This document shows, one piece after another, positions 19,541 to 28,020 of a DNA stretch of 64,000 nt (positions are counted from its first letter, which is position 1; the number at the start of each line of letters is the position of its first letter). The position numbers were made by a program, and so were the translations under genes. This DNA comes from Patescibacteria group bacterium. Lineage in GTDB: Bacteria > Patescibacteriota > Microgenomatia > UBA1406 > GWC2-37-13. The stretch is taken from assembly GCA_026415975.1 (NCBI GenBank), contig JAOAFZ010000002.1, positions 49,390-113,389 of the forward strand, in the 5' to 3' direction. Below the pieces are notes generated by a model. That model was not told where the DNA came from and made no database searches. It saw nothing but the letters and a program-made list of their open reading frames with translations.

Positions 19541-19552
19541 ACAAAGCTGAAC

Positions 19553-19981
19553 CTATAAAGGATAAGTTTTAAGGTTGCGAAGTTGTAGAGCGTTCGGGTA
19601 CCCGGCTATTTCCTTATTTGTTGCTCTGTCATACATGTATAAGGTTACTGCTGTTCCTAAAGGGGTTTCCTCTAACTGGGTAATGACCCCTTTTGGTCCA
19701 TTGGTAAACACAACTTCCGGACTACGGTGGAGGAGAGCAAGGTGCCACTTTTGGGTAGTTTCGATGAGTACTTTTGTCATTAACCGGTCTACTCCTTTTA
19801 CCCAATTATCATCGGTTAGGTTTTTAATCTGAAACGAGGTTGGTATTTCTTGTGTAAAAGGCAACGCGAGCCCGATGGAAAGAGCTAACGCCACAAAGAG
19901 TATTTTGATGGGTCTTGCGGTGAGGCTAAAATGCCTAAGTCTATTCATGCAACTTGCGATATTTTTTACCATGATGCTCAT
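19553..19981 (-). CDS. small membrane-anchored hypothetical protein
   Basis: An internal Met (MSIMVKNIASCMNRLRHFSLTARPIKILFVALALSIGLALPF) gives a signal-anchor. The ORF-track N-terminus overlaps the protease gene. TACAAT overlaps ATG 19981 and lies 7 nt before ATG 19972, so 19972 may be the true start. Confidence 0.4.
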   Translation of the reverse strand: MSIMVKNIASCMNRLRHFSLTARPIKILFVALALSIGLALPFTQEIPTSFQIKNLTDDNWVKGVDRLMTKVLIETTQKWHLALLHRSPEVVFTNGPKGVITQLEETPLGTAVTLYMYDRATNKEIAGYPNALQLRNLKTYPL

Positions 19982-20033
19982 TGTAGAGTCTGGGTTACAG
20001 GTTGTAAAGGATGAGGTCACAGTACGCGTCGTC

Positions 20034-22106
20034 TTACTGAATTGCTTTCCATGCTTCACCTTCGTAGCGCCAGTTATTTTGAGGGAAGTTCGCAATAAGC
20101 AAGTCTTTCTCTGCCACGTTGGTGGTAAAAAAATGCCGTCTTGTTGCAAGGTTATAAAATCGATATACCGTTATGGTGTCGGGCCCAGAATATTGAACAG
20201 GGTAGACGTAAAAACCAATTCCCTCGTAGGTCCAGCCGTCTTTTGCCAGTTGGGTTCGAACTATTTCTTTTTCCGCGGCGTTGATCGTATAAAAATGTGA
20301 GCGGGTGTTAGTATTGTAGAACCTGAATACGGGTGAGCTTGCATCCACCTGGTTTGCGTATGCAAAAAAGGCAATCCCCTCAAAACGGTAGATGGATGGC
20401 ACTAACGTATCCCGCACAACACTTGCCTCTGCGGGATTACCGGTAAAAAAATGAGCTCTCCGTGAATCACTGTAGAAACGCGATACATACAGCCGATTCG
20501 TTCCAAAAATACGACCTTCTGCATTCATGACACCCGCAAAGTCCCCGAGATTCAGCAATCGTGAGGAAATGTTAAAGTCTGTTGTAATCCGTTTTGCGGT
20601 GTTGCGCATAAAGTTACGCAGTACCGAAACAGGTGGAGTGTAGCCAGGTTTAGTGTAACCAAGTGCAAAACCGATTGCCCCCGAAACGTGTGGGGCAGCA
20701 AATGACGTACCTGAAACGTTTACCAGCACTCCATTTGTGTATACGGGAATATTGCTCCCCGGCGCGGCAATTGTGATCACTGGGGTGTCAGCATCATAGT
20801 TTGAAAATGATGATCTTTTTCCGGTAGAATCTGTTGCGGCAACTATGAATGTGTTAGGAGCGTTTTTTCCGTCAATGTAGTAGAAAGCCTGATTCCGCTT
20901 GTTCGAATTGCAATAGCTGTTTGTCCCGCAAGTTTGAGTGCACTCTTCCTGGGTACGAGCGCCATGGTTTCCCGCAGCTTGTACCCAACTTACTCCGGAA
21001 TTTGAAGTTGAGACGAGAAGGTCGTTTAGAATGTCTGCAGTTTCATCAAACGGACATGTTGAAGCGTAACTAAAGTTGATTACATCTGCGCCATTATTTG
21101 AGGCATAAACTATCGCGTTGATAATATCTATAAGCGAAGCTGAACCCGCATCGTCCACATCGAGCACCATTATCCGACAGTGGGGGCACACACCGGCAAT
21201 ACCCACCGCATTTTCAGTCTTTGCTGCGGCTATCTGCGCAACTTGAGTTCCGTGATTTGAACCGCTCGAGTAAAGGCTAACGTTTTGACAGGAGGCAGCA
21301 GATACCAAAGGATCGGTACTCCTCTGCTTTAGAAAGTTGCAGCCATGTACGTCGTCGATATACCCATTTACATCATCATCCACTCCATTTTCCGGAATTT
21401 CGCCTGGGTTTGTCCAGAGTTGGCCAGTGATTTCTGGATCTGTTACATTGACCCCGTTGTCCATAACGGCAATAACGGGATTGTAAGTTATAGATCCAAT
21501 GGTAACGCGCGCTTCCTGATATCTAATAGTGTCCAGATTATACTGAAGTGTAGAAAACGGGTCATTTGAAGAAAAATGCGGAGTATAGACTCTATTCTCG
21601 ACAACCTTAATTGCATTCGAGTTTTCAAATCGGTCCCGAAGCTCATCTATAGAAAGAGGGCTGGCGTAAGAGACGATGTATATATTCTCTGAGCTTTTCT
21701 GGATCACAAACTCCATTGAACCGCCACTTTCTATTGTCTCGGCAACCCCGTCGAGAAGTTCTTTTCTATCTGAATCGGTGAGCTGGGGAAGCGATACTCC
21801 AATAATCAGGTCCGGCCCCGTACTTTGCGAAGTCTTCTCTGGAAGATTAATCTCAGCTGAGAGGGAACCTTCGCGGGCGTCATCTTCCGGTAGTAGCGGT
21901 ACGGCACTGCCAGAGACAGTATCATCCGCTTCGTGCGGGCTGGGAAAAAGCCTAGCGCTGTGTTTGTCTGTGACCGGCACGACACCTCTCTCTTTAAGTT
22001 CTGCAACAAGCTCTTTGCCTGAGGATGCTTCTGCCGTAGAGAATGTAAAAAAATAACTACTAATCGCTACCAGAGAAGCGATGGCAAGAAACAGAATACG
22101 GTACAT
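20034..22106 (-). CDS. secreted subtilisin-like (S8) serine protease with three C-terminal repeats
   Basis: The catalytic triad contexts are AVMDNGVN (Asp), HGTQVAQIAAA (His) and SGTSFAAPHVSGA (Ser). The signal peptide is MYRILFLAIASLVAISSYFF. The start at 22106 is supported by TATAAT 6 nt upstream. Three RFY(N/S)xxxxxHF(F/Y)T repeats lie at the C-terminus. Confidence 0.85.
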   Translation of the reverse strand: MYRILFLAIASLVAISSYFFTFSTAEASSGKELVAELKERGVVPVTDKHSARLFPSPHEADDTVSGSAVPLLPEDDAREGSLSAEINLPEKTSQSTGPDLIIGVSLPQLTDSDRKELLDGVAETIESGGSMEFVIQKSSENIYIVSYASPLSIDELRDRFENSNAIKVVENRVYTPHFSSNDPFSTLQYNLDTIRYQEARVTIGSITYNPVIAVMDNGVNVTDPEITGQLWTNPGEIPENGVDDDVNGYIDDVHGCNFLKQRSTDPLVSAASCQNVSLYSSGSNHGTQVAQIAAAKTENAVGIAGVCPHCRIMVLDVDDAGSASLIDIINAIVYASNNGADVINFSYASTCPFDETADILNDLLVSTSNSGVSWVQAAGNHGARTQEECTQTCGTNSYCNSNKRNQAFYYIDGKNAPNTFIVAATDSTGKRSSFSNYDADTPVITIAAPGSNIPVYTNGVLVNVSGTSFAAPHVSGAIGFALGYTKPGYTPPVSVLRNFMRNTAKRITTDFNISSRLLNLGDFAGVMNAEGRIFGTNRLYVSRFYSDSRRAHFFTGNPAEASVVRDTLVPSIYRFEGIAFFAYANQVDASSPVFRFYNTNTRSHFYTINAAEKEIVRTQLAKDGWTYEGIGFYVYPVQYSGPDTITVYRFYNLATRRHFFTTNVAEKDLLIANFPQNNWRYEGEAWKAIQ

Positions 22107-22112
22107 AGCCAC

Positions 22113-22118
22113 ATTATA
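22113..22118 (-). promoter_or_regulatory. -10 box (TATAAT) 6 nt upstream of ATG 22106
   Basis: The plus-strand attata at 22113-22118 reads TATAAT on the minus strand. Confidence 0.5.
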
Positions 22119-22176
22119 CCGGCACCGCCGGCATTCGTTATTGGAACGCAAGAACGGTGGTATCAGGCTTTCCGCG

Positions 22177-23154
22177 CTAGTTTTTTTCCTCGTAGCGTTT
22201 AAGATCGGCATCAACCATCATCTTTACGAGTTCCTCGAACGATACCTTAGGCCTCCAGCCGAGCTTTTCTCTGGCCTTTGTGGCACGACCGCGCAGGTGT
22301 GGCACCTCGGCGGGGCGTACAAACCGGGGATCGATAGCGACATACTTTTTCCAGTCAGTAATTCCGGCATGTTTAAAGGCAAGAGTGACCAGTTCTTCCA
22401 CACTGTGGTGTTCACCGGTAGCCACGACATAATCATCGGGAGTATCGGCCTGGAGCATGAGGTACATTGCCTCCACATAGTCACCGGCGAAGCCCCAGTC
22501 GCGGGTAGCCTCGAGATTCCCCAGATGGAGCTTTTCCTGCAGGCCGTATTTGATACGGGCCACTCCGTCGGTAACCTTGCGGGTTACAAACTGCTTGCCA
22601 CGGATCGGAGACTCATGGTTGAAGAGGATACCATTGGCAGTGAACATGCCGTAGGACTCACGGTAATTTACCGTAATCCAGTAGGCATATACCTTTGCCA
22701 CGCCATACGGGCTACGGGGGTGAAATGCCGTTTTCTCGTCCTGAAAGCCGCCGTCGTTGCCAAGTCCGAACATCTCCGAGGTTGACGCCTGATAGAATCG
22801 GGCCGTCGGATTGAACTGCTTTATTGCATTAAGCAGATAGAGCACACCGAGTGAGTTGACCTCGGTTGTTAGTTTTGCCTGCTCAAAGGACGAATGCACA
22901 AAGGATTGCGCGCCGAGGTTGTAGACTTCATCCGGACGGATGTTCTTGATAATATTCATCAGCGAGCTTTCGTCGGTTAGATCACCTTCTATGTACTCGA
23001 TGTCGTCGGCAATGCCGAGATAATTGATGTTCTCGAAGTTCGGATTCGAGTAGCGGCGAATCAGTCCATAGACTTTATAATCTTTTTCGAGGAGTAACTT
23101 TGCAAGGTAGGGGCCGTCCTGTCCAAGGATGCCAGTAATGAGGGCTTTTTTCAT
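22177..23154 (-). CDS. gmd: GDP-mannose 4,6-dehydratase
   Basis: [34 protein letters not shown]...[10 protein letters not shown]...FNHESPIRG is a highly characteristic Gmd sequence. The start is at the internal ATG 23154. Confidence 0.95.
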   Translation of the reverse strand: MKKALITGILGQDGPYLAKLLLEKDYKVYGLIRRYSNPNFENINYLGIADDIEYIEGDLTDESSLMNIIKNIRPDEVYNLGAQSFVHSSFEQAKLTTEVNSLGVLYLLNAIKQFNPTARFYQASTSEMFGLGNDGGFQDEKTAFHPRSPYGVAKVYAYWITVNYRESYGMFTANGILFNHESPIRGKQFVTRKVTDGVARIKYGLQEKLHLGNLEATRDWGFAGDYVEAMYLMLQADTPDDYVVATGEHHSVEELVTLAFKHAGITDWKKYVAIDPRFVRPAEVPHLRGRATKAREKLGWRPKVSFEELVKMMVDADLKRYEEKN

Positions 23155-23283
23155 ACGGTGGGAAAAATGCTTAATACATAATAACGGTACGTAGTATAGT
23201 ACCATACGCAGAGGAATTTGTGAAATCTGTCTTCATTCACTTCATCCTATGCACACAGAAGTTTGCGTGGGGAGGAATGCGGA

Positions 23284-24591
23284 TTATTCTGAGCTGATTA
23301 GTCGGAATCCCCGCGTTTTTACCGTTTGGATCTCTTCGTGGACTTTCTGGAGCTTGAGTTTGCCCCGAAGCCGCGAGACCAACCGGTCCAACGCCCAGTC
23401 CGAGACACCGATCTCGTTGCACTCGGGCCAGACAGCCTGAATAATATTCTCCCGCTCGCAGATTTCACCGATGTGTTCTTTGAGCGTGTTGTAGAGCATC
23501 TGTTCTTTTTTGGTGAGACCCAGATTCACCTTTTCCTTCTTGTGGTTCACTTCCATATTCTGCAGATACATACCGAAAAAAGGGCTGAAAACGTGCTGGG
23601 TGCCATTTGTCTGGATGTATCCGGTGTTATATAGGTACCGGGCATTTTGTAGTTCTGTTTCGTGCAGTGTTTCGCCATGAAAGATCTTGAGAAGTGCATG
23701 CTGTTCGGCCGCAGTAAGCGTCGCATAGAGTTCTTCGCACTGAAGCACAACCCGTTCTTCATCTGATATGATGCGGATGTAATCTGCAGGTAGCCTCTTT
23801 GATTTTTGCAATAGTTCGTTGACGATAATTAGCGAAAGCTGCAACAGCTGAACATGACCGCCACAGTTTTCGACAATTGCTGTGCCCGTTTCTTCATCGA
23901 TCTGCATGCGGTATTTATCCATGAGGGTCCTTCGGATAATCTGCATGTCGTCTGGCGATGCCGGCTTGAGGTAGATCTTGTGTGCAAAAGCCGCCAGGTC
24001 TTGCTTCTGAAAGACCGTTGGCGAGATTGTATGCAGTTCCCGCGACCCGGTAAATACATAACATGTTTTCCGGTTAGTGCTGTCTACAATACCCTGGAGG
24101 TTACTGAACAGTTCCGGGGTAACTACTTCCTGCAACCGGTCAAAGCGAATAAAGAAAATAGTCGGCATATAATTGCCGCGGACCATGTCTATCAGGATAT
24201 GACGCACGGTGTCCACGGTAAAGAACAGATCGGGGATCTGGATGCTTTTCAGAAACTCGTCATTGGCGCGTTTGCGAATAGGCTCCAGATCGTCGTTCAT
24301 ATTGATCACATCAACGATGCGCTTGAGGGTAAGCCGCCAAAAGGGAAACAGCTCGGTCTCGATGAGGTCGTTGAGATCAACCGGAATAAAGATATGCCTT
24401 TGTTCTGTGCTAATGTACGTAGCAGTGATATGCGGATGGTGCAAAAAGTAGCGCAGGAAATTACTGATTCCCACACGCTTCATTCCAATAAGCTCAACCG
24501 AGTCCCGGGATCGCAGGTGAGCGCCCAGCAGCTTTGTTTCTTCTTCCCGAAACGACACGGGATACGTCTCTTCGTCGCAACCGATGGTCAT
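23284..24591 (-). CDS. regulator: AAA/ORC-like NTPase domain with a degenerate Walker A, plus a C-terminal OmpR/PhoB-type winged helix
   Basis: The P-loop-like IGMKRVGISNF has Ile where Lys is expected. The C-terminus LTKKEQMLYNTL...ENIIQAVWPE...DWALDRLVSRLRGKLK...IQTVKTRGFRL matches a Trans_reg_C-type wHTH. I chose the start at ATG 24591. Confidence 0.6.
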   Translation of the reverse strand: MTIGCDEETYPVSFREEETKLLGAHLRSRDSVELIGMKRVGISNFLRYFLHHPHITATYISTEQRHIFIPVDLNDLIETELFPFWRLTLKRIVDVINMNDDLEPIRKRANDEFLKSIQIPDLFFTVDTVRHILIDMVRGNYMPTIFFIRFDRLQEVVTPELFSNLQGIVDSTNRKTCYVFTGSRELHTISPTVFQKQDLAAFAHKIYLKPASPDDMQIIRRTLMDKYRMQIDEETGTAIVENCGGHVQLLQLSLIIVNELLQKSKRLPADYIRIISDEERVVLQCEELYATLTAAEQHALLKIFHGETLHETELQNARYLYNTGYIQTNGTQHVFSPFFGMYLQNMEVNHKKEKVNLGLTKKEQMLYNTLKEHIGEICERENIIQAVWPECNEIGVSDWALDRLVSRLRGKLKLQKVHEEIQTVKTRGFRLISSE

Positions 24592-24600
24592 AGAGAAGCA

Positions 24601-24629
24601 ATTGTACCGCGCCTTGCGTGAATTGACAA
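24601..24629 (-). promoter_or_regulatory. sigma70-like promoter TTGTCA-17-TACAAT, 9 nt upstream of ATG 24591
   Basis: Read on the minus strand. The -35 element overlaps the -35 of the divergent promoter. Confidence 0.6.
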
Positions 24630-24651
24630 GACAATTCCCTGACACTATAAT
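24623..24651 (+). promoter_or_regulatory. consensus sigma70 promoter TTGACA-17-TATAAT, 6 nt upstream of ATG 24658
   Basis: TTGACA at 24623-24628, a 17-nt spacer, then TATAAT at 24646-24651. Confidence 0.7.
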
Positions 24652-24657
24652 CGCTCT

Positions 24658-26022
24658 ATGCCGATACAAACAATTAATCCCTACACCGGAGAAGTAGAAA
24701 AAACCTTGCAGACTGAGTCACTTGCAGACGTCCGTGAAAAGCTGCAGATTGCTGAAGATCGATTTCATACCTGGAAGAAAACTTCATTTTCCGAACGAAA
24801 AAAACTGTTTAAAGCACTTATTCGGCACATCGAGGAAAACAAGCAACACTACGCAGAGCTGAATACCCGTGAGATGGGCAAGCCGATAAGGCAGTCAGTA
24901 GGCGAGCTGGAAAAATGCGCGAAGGGCTGCGAATTTTATGCGGAGAACGCAGAAAAGATACTGGCTGTTCAGCACGTAAAGACCGAAGCGAAGCACAGTT
25001 ACATCCGGCATGATCCGCTTGGCGTAATCCTCGCAATTATGCCGTGGAATTTTCCATTCTGGCAAGCGATGCGGGCAGCCGCACCGGCAATCATGGCTGG
25101 AAATGTATTCGTCCTTAAGCACGCTTCCAATGTGCCACAGTGTTCCCAAGCGTTGCAGGATATGTTCGAGGCATCAGGCTTTCCGAAGGGGGTTTTTACG
25201 AGCATCTTTATCGGCAGTCAAGATATGGAGGAGATTATCGCCGACGACCGCATAGCTGCTGTTACCGTTACCGGGAGCGAAGATGCAGGCCGCCGGATTG
25301 CGTCGATTGCCGGTGCGCACCTAAAAAAATGTGTGCTTGAGCTGGGTGGATCTGATCCCTTCATTGTTTTGGAGGACGCGGATATGGATTTGGTAGTAGA
25401 GAATGCAGTTCTTTCCCGGGTACGCAACACCGGGCAAAGCTGTACGGCAGCCAAGCGGTTTATCGTGCATAAAGCGGTTGCCGATGAGTTTGTTTCACGA
25501 CTGACCGATGAGTTCCGTAAGCTAAAAATCGGTGATCCGATGGATCCGTCGGTGGAGGTGGGCCCGATTGCCCGCGAGGATCTGCTAAAACTCCTGGACC
25601 ACCAGGTGACCCGCTCCGTGGCAAAAGGTGCTACATTGGTAACCGGCGGCAGGATCATCGACCGAAAAGGCTACTTCTACGAACCGACGATCCTGACGAA
25701 CGTGCGCCGCGGAAATCCCGCTTTCGATGAAGAACTTTTTGGCCCGGTGGCCGCCATTACGACCGTAAGAAACGACGAAGAAGCCATTCGCGTTGCAAAC
25801 GACACCCACCTCGGGTTGGGTGCCAGCATCTGGACGGAGAACCGGGAACACGCACAGAAGCTGGCCGCACAGATCGAAGCGGGCACCGTATTCATAAACA
25901 AAATGGTCACTTCAGATCCGCGTCTTCCCACCGGTGGAATTAAGAAATCCGGCTACGGGCGGGAACTGGGAGAACATGGCATACGGGAATTCGTGAACAT
26001 CAAGTCGGTGATCGTGGATTGA
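24658..26022 (+). CDS. NAD(P)+-dependent aldehyde dehydrogenase (succinate-semialdehyde dehydrogenase-like)
   Basis: ALDH hallmarks are present: FPFWQ, VLELGGSDPFIV (catalytic Glu) and NTGQSCTAAKRF (catalytic Cys). Confidence 0.9.
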   Translation: MPIQTINPYTGEVEKTLQTESLADVREKLQIAEDRFHTWKKTSFSERKKLFKALIRHIEENKQHYAELNTREMGKPIRQSVGELEKCAKGCEFYAENAEKILAVQHVKTEAKHSYIRHDPLGVILAIMPWNFPFWQAMRAAAPAIMAGNVFVLKHASNVPQCSQALQDMFEASGFPKGVFTSIFIGSQDMEEIIADDRIAAVTVTGSEDAGRRIASIAGAHLKKCVLELGGSDPFIVLEDADMDLVVENAVLSRVRNTGQSCTAAKRFIVHKAVADEFVSRLTDEFRKLKIGDPMDPSVEVGPIAREDLLKLLDHQVTRSVAKGATLVTGGRIIDRKGYFYEPTILTNVRRGNPAFDEELFGPVAAITTVRNDEEAIRVANDTHLGLGASIWTENREHAQKLAAQIEAGTVFINKMVTSDPRLPTGGIKKSGYGRELGEHGIREFVNIKSVIVD

Positions 26023-26828
26023 TTCTTTACGGCGATAAGCCAAATGATCGCGAAGTGGTACGAATTCGTGATTTTCAGGTCTGGGCCGTAGAGAAAATCT
26101 TCAGTCTACGACTTCGACAATTTCGTGAGAAGCCCCCAAGTTTCGCATGTGCGATTGTGCTTCGCGATAAGTTTTTAGAATTCACCAAGATACCCGCAAG
26201 CTATACGTGGGCGCTGTCTTGCTCACGGGGCTTGCGTCGTGCTGGAAGGGAAGATACCGTAGTTATAAGCTCAGCATACGCTAATTTGCTTGACTTTAAT
26301 CCGAATGATCCTCTGGATAAATTGAGCGAACAACAGGTTGATATATTACGAGAGTCTATCCACGAACACCTCCCCACCCTGCGCGATCACTATTTACCAT
26401 ATCCGTCGGCAAAATTATTACCTATCTCAGAAGCAATGGACGAAATAATTCCGCGATATGTACTTGGACTCCAAGAGCACATGCCAGGGTCGACCCGTTT
26501 TCTGGTAGCCATACCGGATGAGCGTTTATTGACAGTTCGTGATTTGTGGATTGGCTTTTCTCGCATAGCTTCTGATCCTGTCAGTAGGAATGTGGCTTAT
26601 GGATCTGCTTTTTTGTTGGGACTTGGACTTATTAGGCAAATTGAAAAGCTCTTTCGCGTGTGTCCAGAATCTGCAGTGAGTATGTGGCTTGATACAATGT
26701 GCAAAGCTGAAACACCAGTCTCTTGCGTTGCCAACCTTGCCTCTTTAGCTGAGATAGAGGAGAGTGGGATATGGTATGAAAGGTCTTTACAACGGAGCGG
26801 TCAACAATTTTTGTCGCAAACGCACTAG
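26019..26828 (+). CDS. hypothetical protein
   Basis: A 269-aa ORF with a TTG start overlapping the upstream stop. No motif was recognised. Confidence 0.35.
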   Translation: MILYGDKPNDREVVRIRDFQVWAVEKIFSLRLRQFREKPPSFACAIVLRDKFLEFTKIPASYTWALSCSRGLRRAGREDTVVISSAYANLLDFNPNDPLDKLSEQQVDILRESIHEHLPTLRDHYLPYPSAKLLPISEAMDEIIPRYVLGLQEHMPGSTRFLVAIPDERLLTVRDLWIGFSRIASDPVSRNVAYGSAFLLGLGLIRQIEKLFRVCPESAVSMWLDTMCKAETPVSCVANLASLAEIEESGIWYERSLQRSGQQFLSQTH

Positions 26829-26889
26829 GTACTTTGCCGCCTCAAGCGCGTTGGGAATACTTAGTCTTCGGTCAAGCTTACTTACCGTT

Positions 26890-28020
26890 TCATCTTTTTC
26901 GATGGTGCCACCACCACAGAATCCCTGCACCTGCACCCACAACCAAAAGAACAAGAACTACAGGAAAATACTCCACCCGTCTTTCTACAATCAGTGTCAG
27001 CTCTGGAGCTTGGTCCTCTGCTGAAAGTGCGACTGTCTTGCTTCCAGTAAAACCGTTATCATTCACAGCAAACTCTTCGGTTGTTCCGGTTACTGGCAGG
27101 CGGACAATACCCTTATCGTTTGTTGTTCCTTCCGAGCGGCTGGTTGTGGCCCGTACCAAAACTCCCGCAACACCGCTACCCGTTTTGTCTCTAACCCAAA
27201 TCGTCACGGTGCGTTGTGCCTCTTTTTTTGAGCCTGCATCGTCTTTTGGATTTTTGGGAGCCTTCGTGATCGAGACGAGAGCGGGTTCCTCTGGGGTAGG
27301 TGTGGGCGTTGATGGTATCGGTGCCGAGAGCGCCAGGTTTCTGAAAGAAACCAGCGAGACTGTCTTAGCACTTATTTCGTTAGACCACGGACCGCTAGCG
27401 CACCCGTTTCCTGCTCGAATACGGAAGTAATACCTAGTGCTTGGCCACAGGTGCTCAACAAGATAGTTTCGGCTGCTTTGTCCTCCAATTGGCTCCGCGC
27501 CAAACTCTAGCCCTCCTTCTGTTGTTCCGTATGCGAGCACATAGTGGGTAAGCGGGGGATCTGCTTCTGCAAAGTAGAGCCGGATTGCAGTTGGCGATTC
27601 AGAAATAGCGGAGTAAATCCAGGGAGCTTTTGCACCGGGTGCTTGGCGTTGGCAAACGGGTGGCGCTGGCATTTCTGCCGTGCCTGCTCCAGTGCCTATT
27701 GACGGAGGCGACGCCCCAATTGTGGGAGTAGCAGATGGTGCAGGTGGAGGAGTTTCTGTGGGAGTTGGTGTGTTCGTTGGTGCTAATGCGGGCTCGTACA
27801 ATCCAAACGCCGAGAACTCTGTTGTTGCGCACGTTACCGAATTTTGCACTGCATTTACGACACAGTCTGCTAGCTCATTAAAAGCTGAACCGTTCCACCG
27901 GTACATGGATAGCTCAGATTCACTAACACCAGCGATATCAGTATCGGAGTACTTGAAGGTGATGCTCACTGGCTGATCGAAGGTGGTAATCTCACTGGTA
28001 ACACTGAGCTGGGCATTCAA
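26890..28020 (-). CDS. C-terminal part of the large surface protein (FN3, CarboxypepD_reg-like, C-terminal TM anchor), separated from the upstream ORF by a frameshift
   Basis: An FN3-like segment (STRYYFRIRAGNGCASGPWSNEISAKT), VTIWVRDKTGSGVAGVLV...GIVRLPV, and a terminal VVLVLLVVGAGAGILWWWHHRKR. This frame stays open upstream to 28092 (…TAVSSAIGKPAGLQDVGIAIYNLNAQLSV…), overlapping the end of the 1400-aa ORF. Confidence 0.6.
   Translation of the reverse strand: MNAQLSVTSEITTFDQPVSITFKYSDTDIAGVSESELSMYRWNGSAFNELADCVVNAVQNSVTCATTEFSAFGLYEPALAPTNTPTPTETPPPAPSATPTIGASPPSIGTGAGTAEMPAPPVCQRQAPGAKAPWIYSAISESPTAIRLYFAEADPPLTHYVLAYGTTEGGLEFGAEPIGGQSSRNYLVEHLWPSTRYYFRIRAGNGCASGPWSNEISAKTVSLVSFRNLALSAPIPSTPTPTPEEPALVSITKAPKNPKDDAGSKKEAQRTVTIWVRDKTGSGVAGVLVRATTSRSEGTTNDKGIVRLPVTGTTEEFAVNDNGFTGSKTVALSAEDQAPELTLIVERRVEYFPVVLVLLVVGAGAGILWWWHHRKR

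Noticed and set aside
22081-22785. Long antisense ORFs here, and also at 23854-24621, 26834-27430, 49289-49978, 50090-50605, 50702-51211 and 52467-53096.
   Set aside because: Each lies opposite a gene with strong family motifs (gmd, the regulator, the surface protein, GH-HK, glmS). None has a recognisable domain, and they occur mainly in the more GC-rich stretch, where stop codons are rare.
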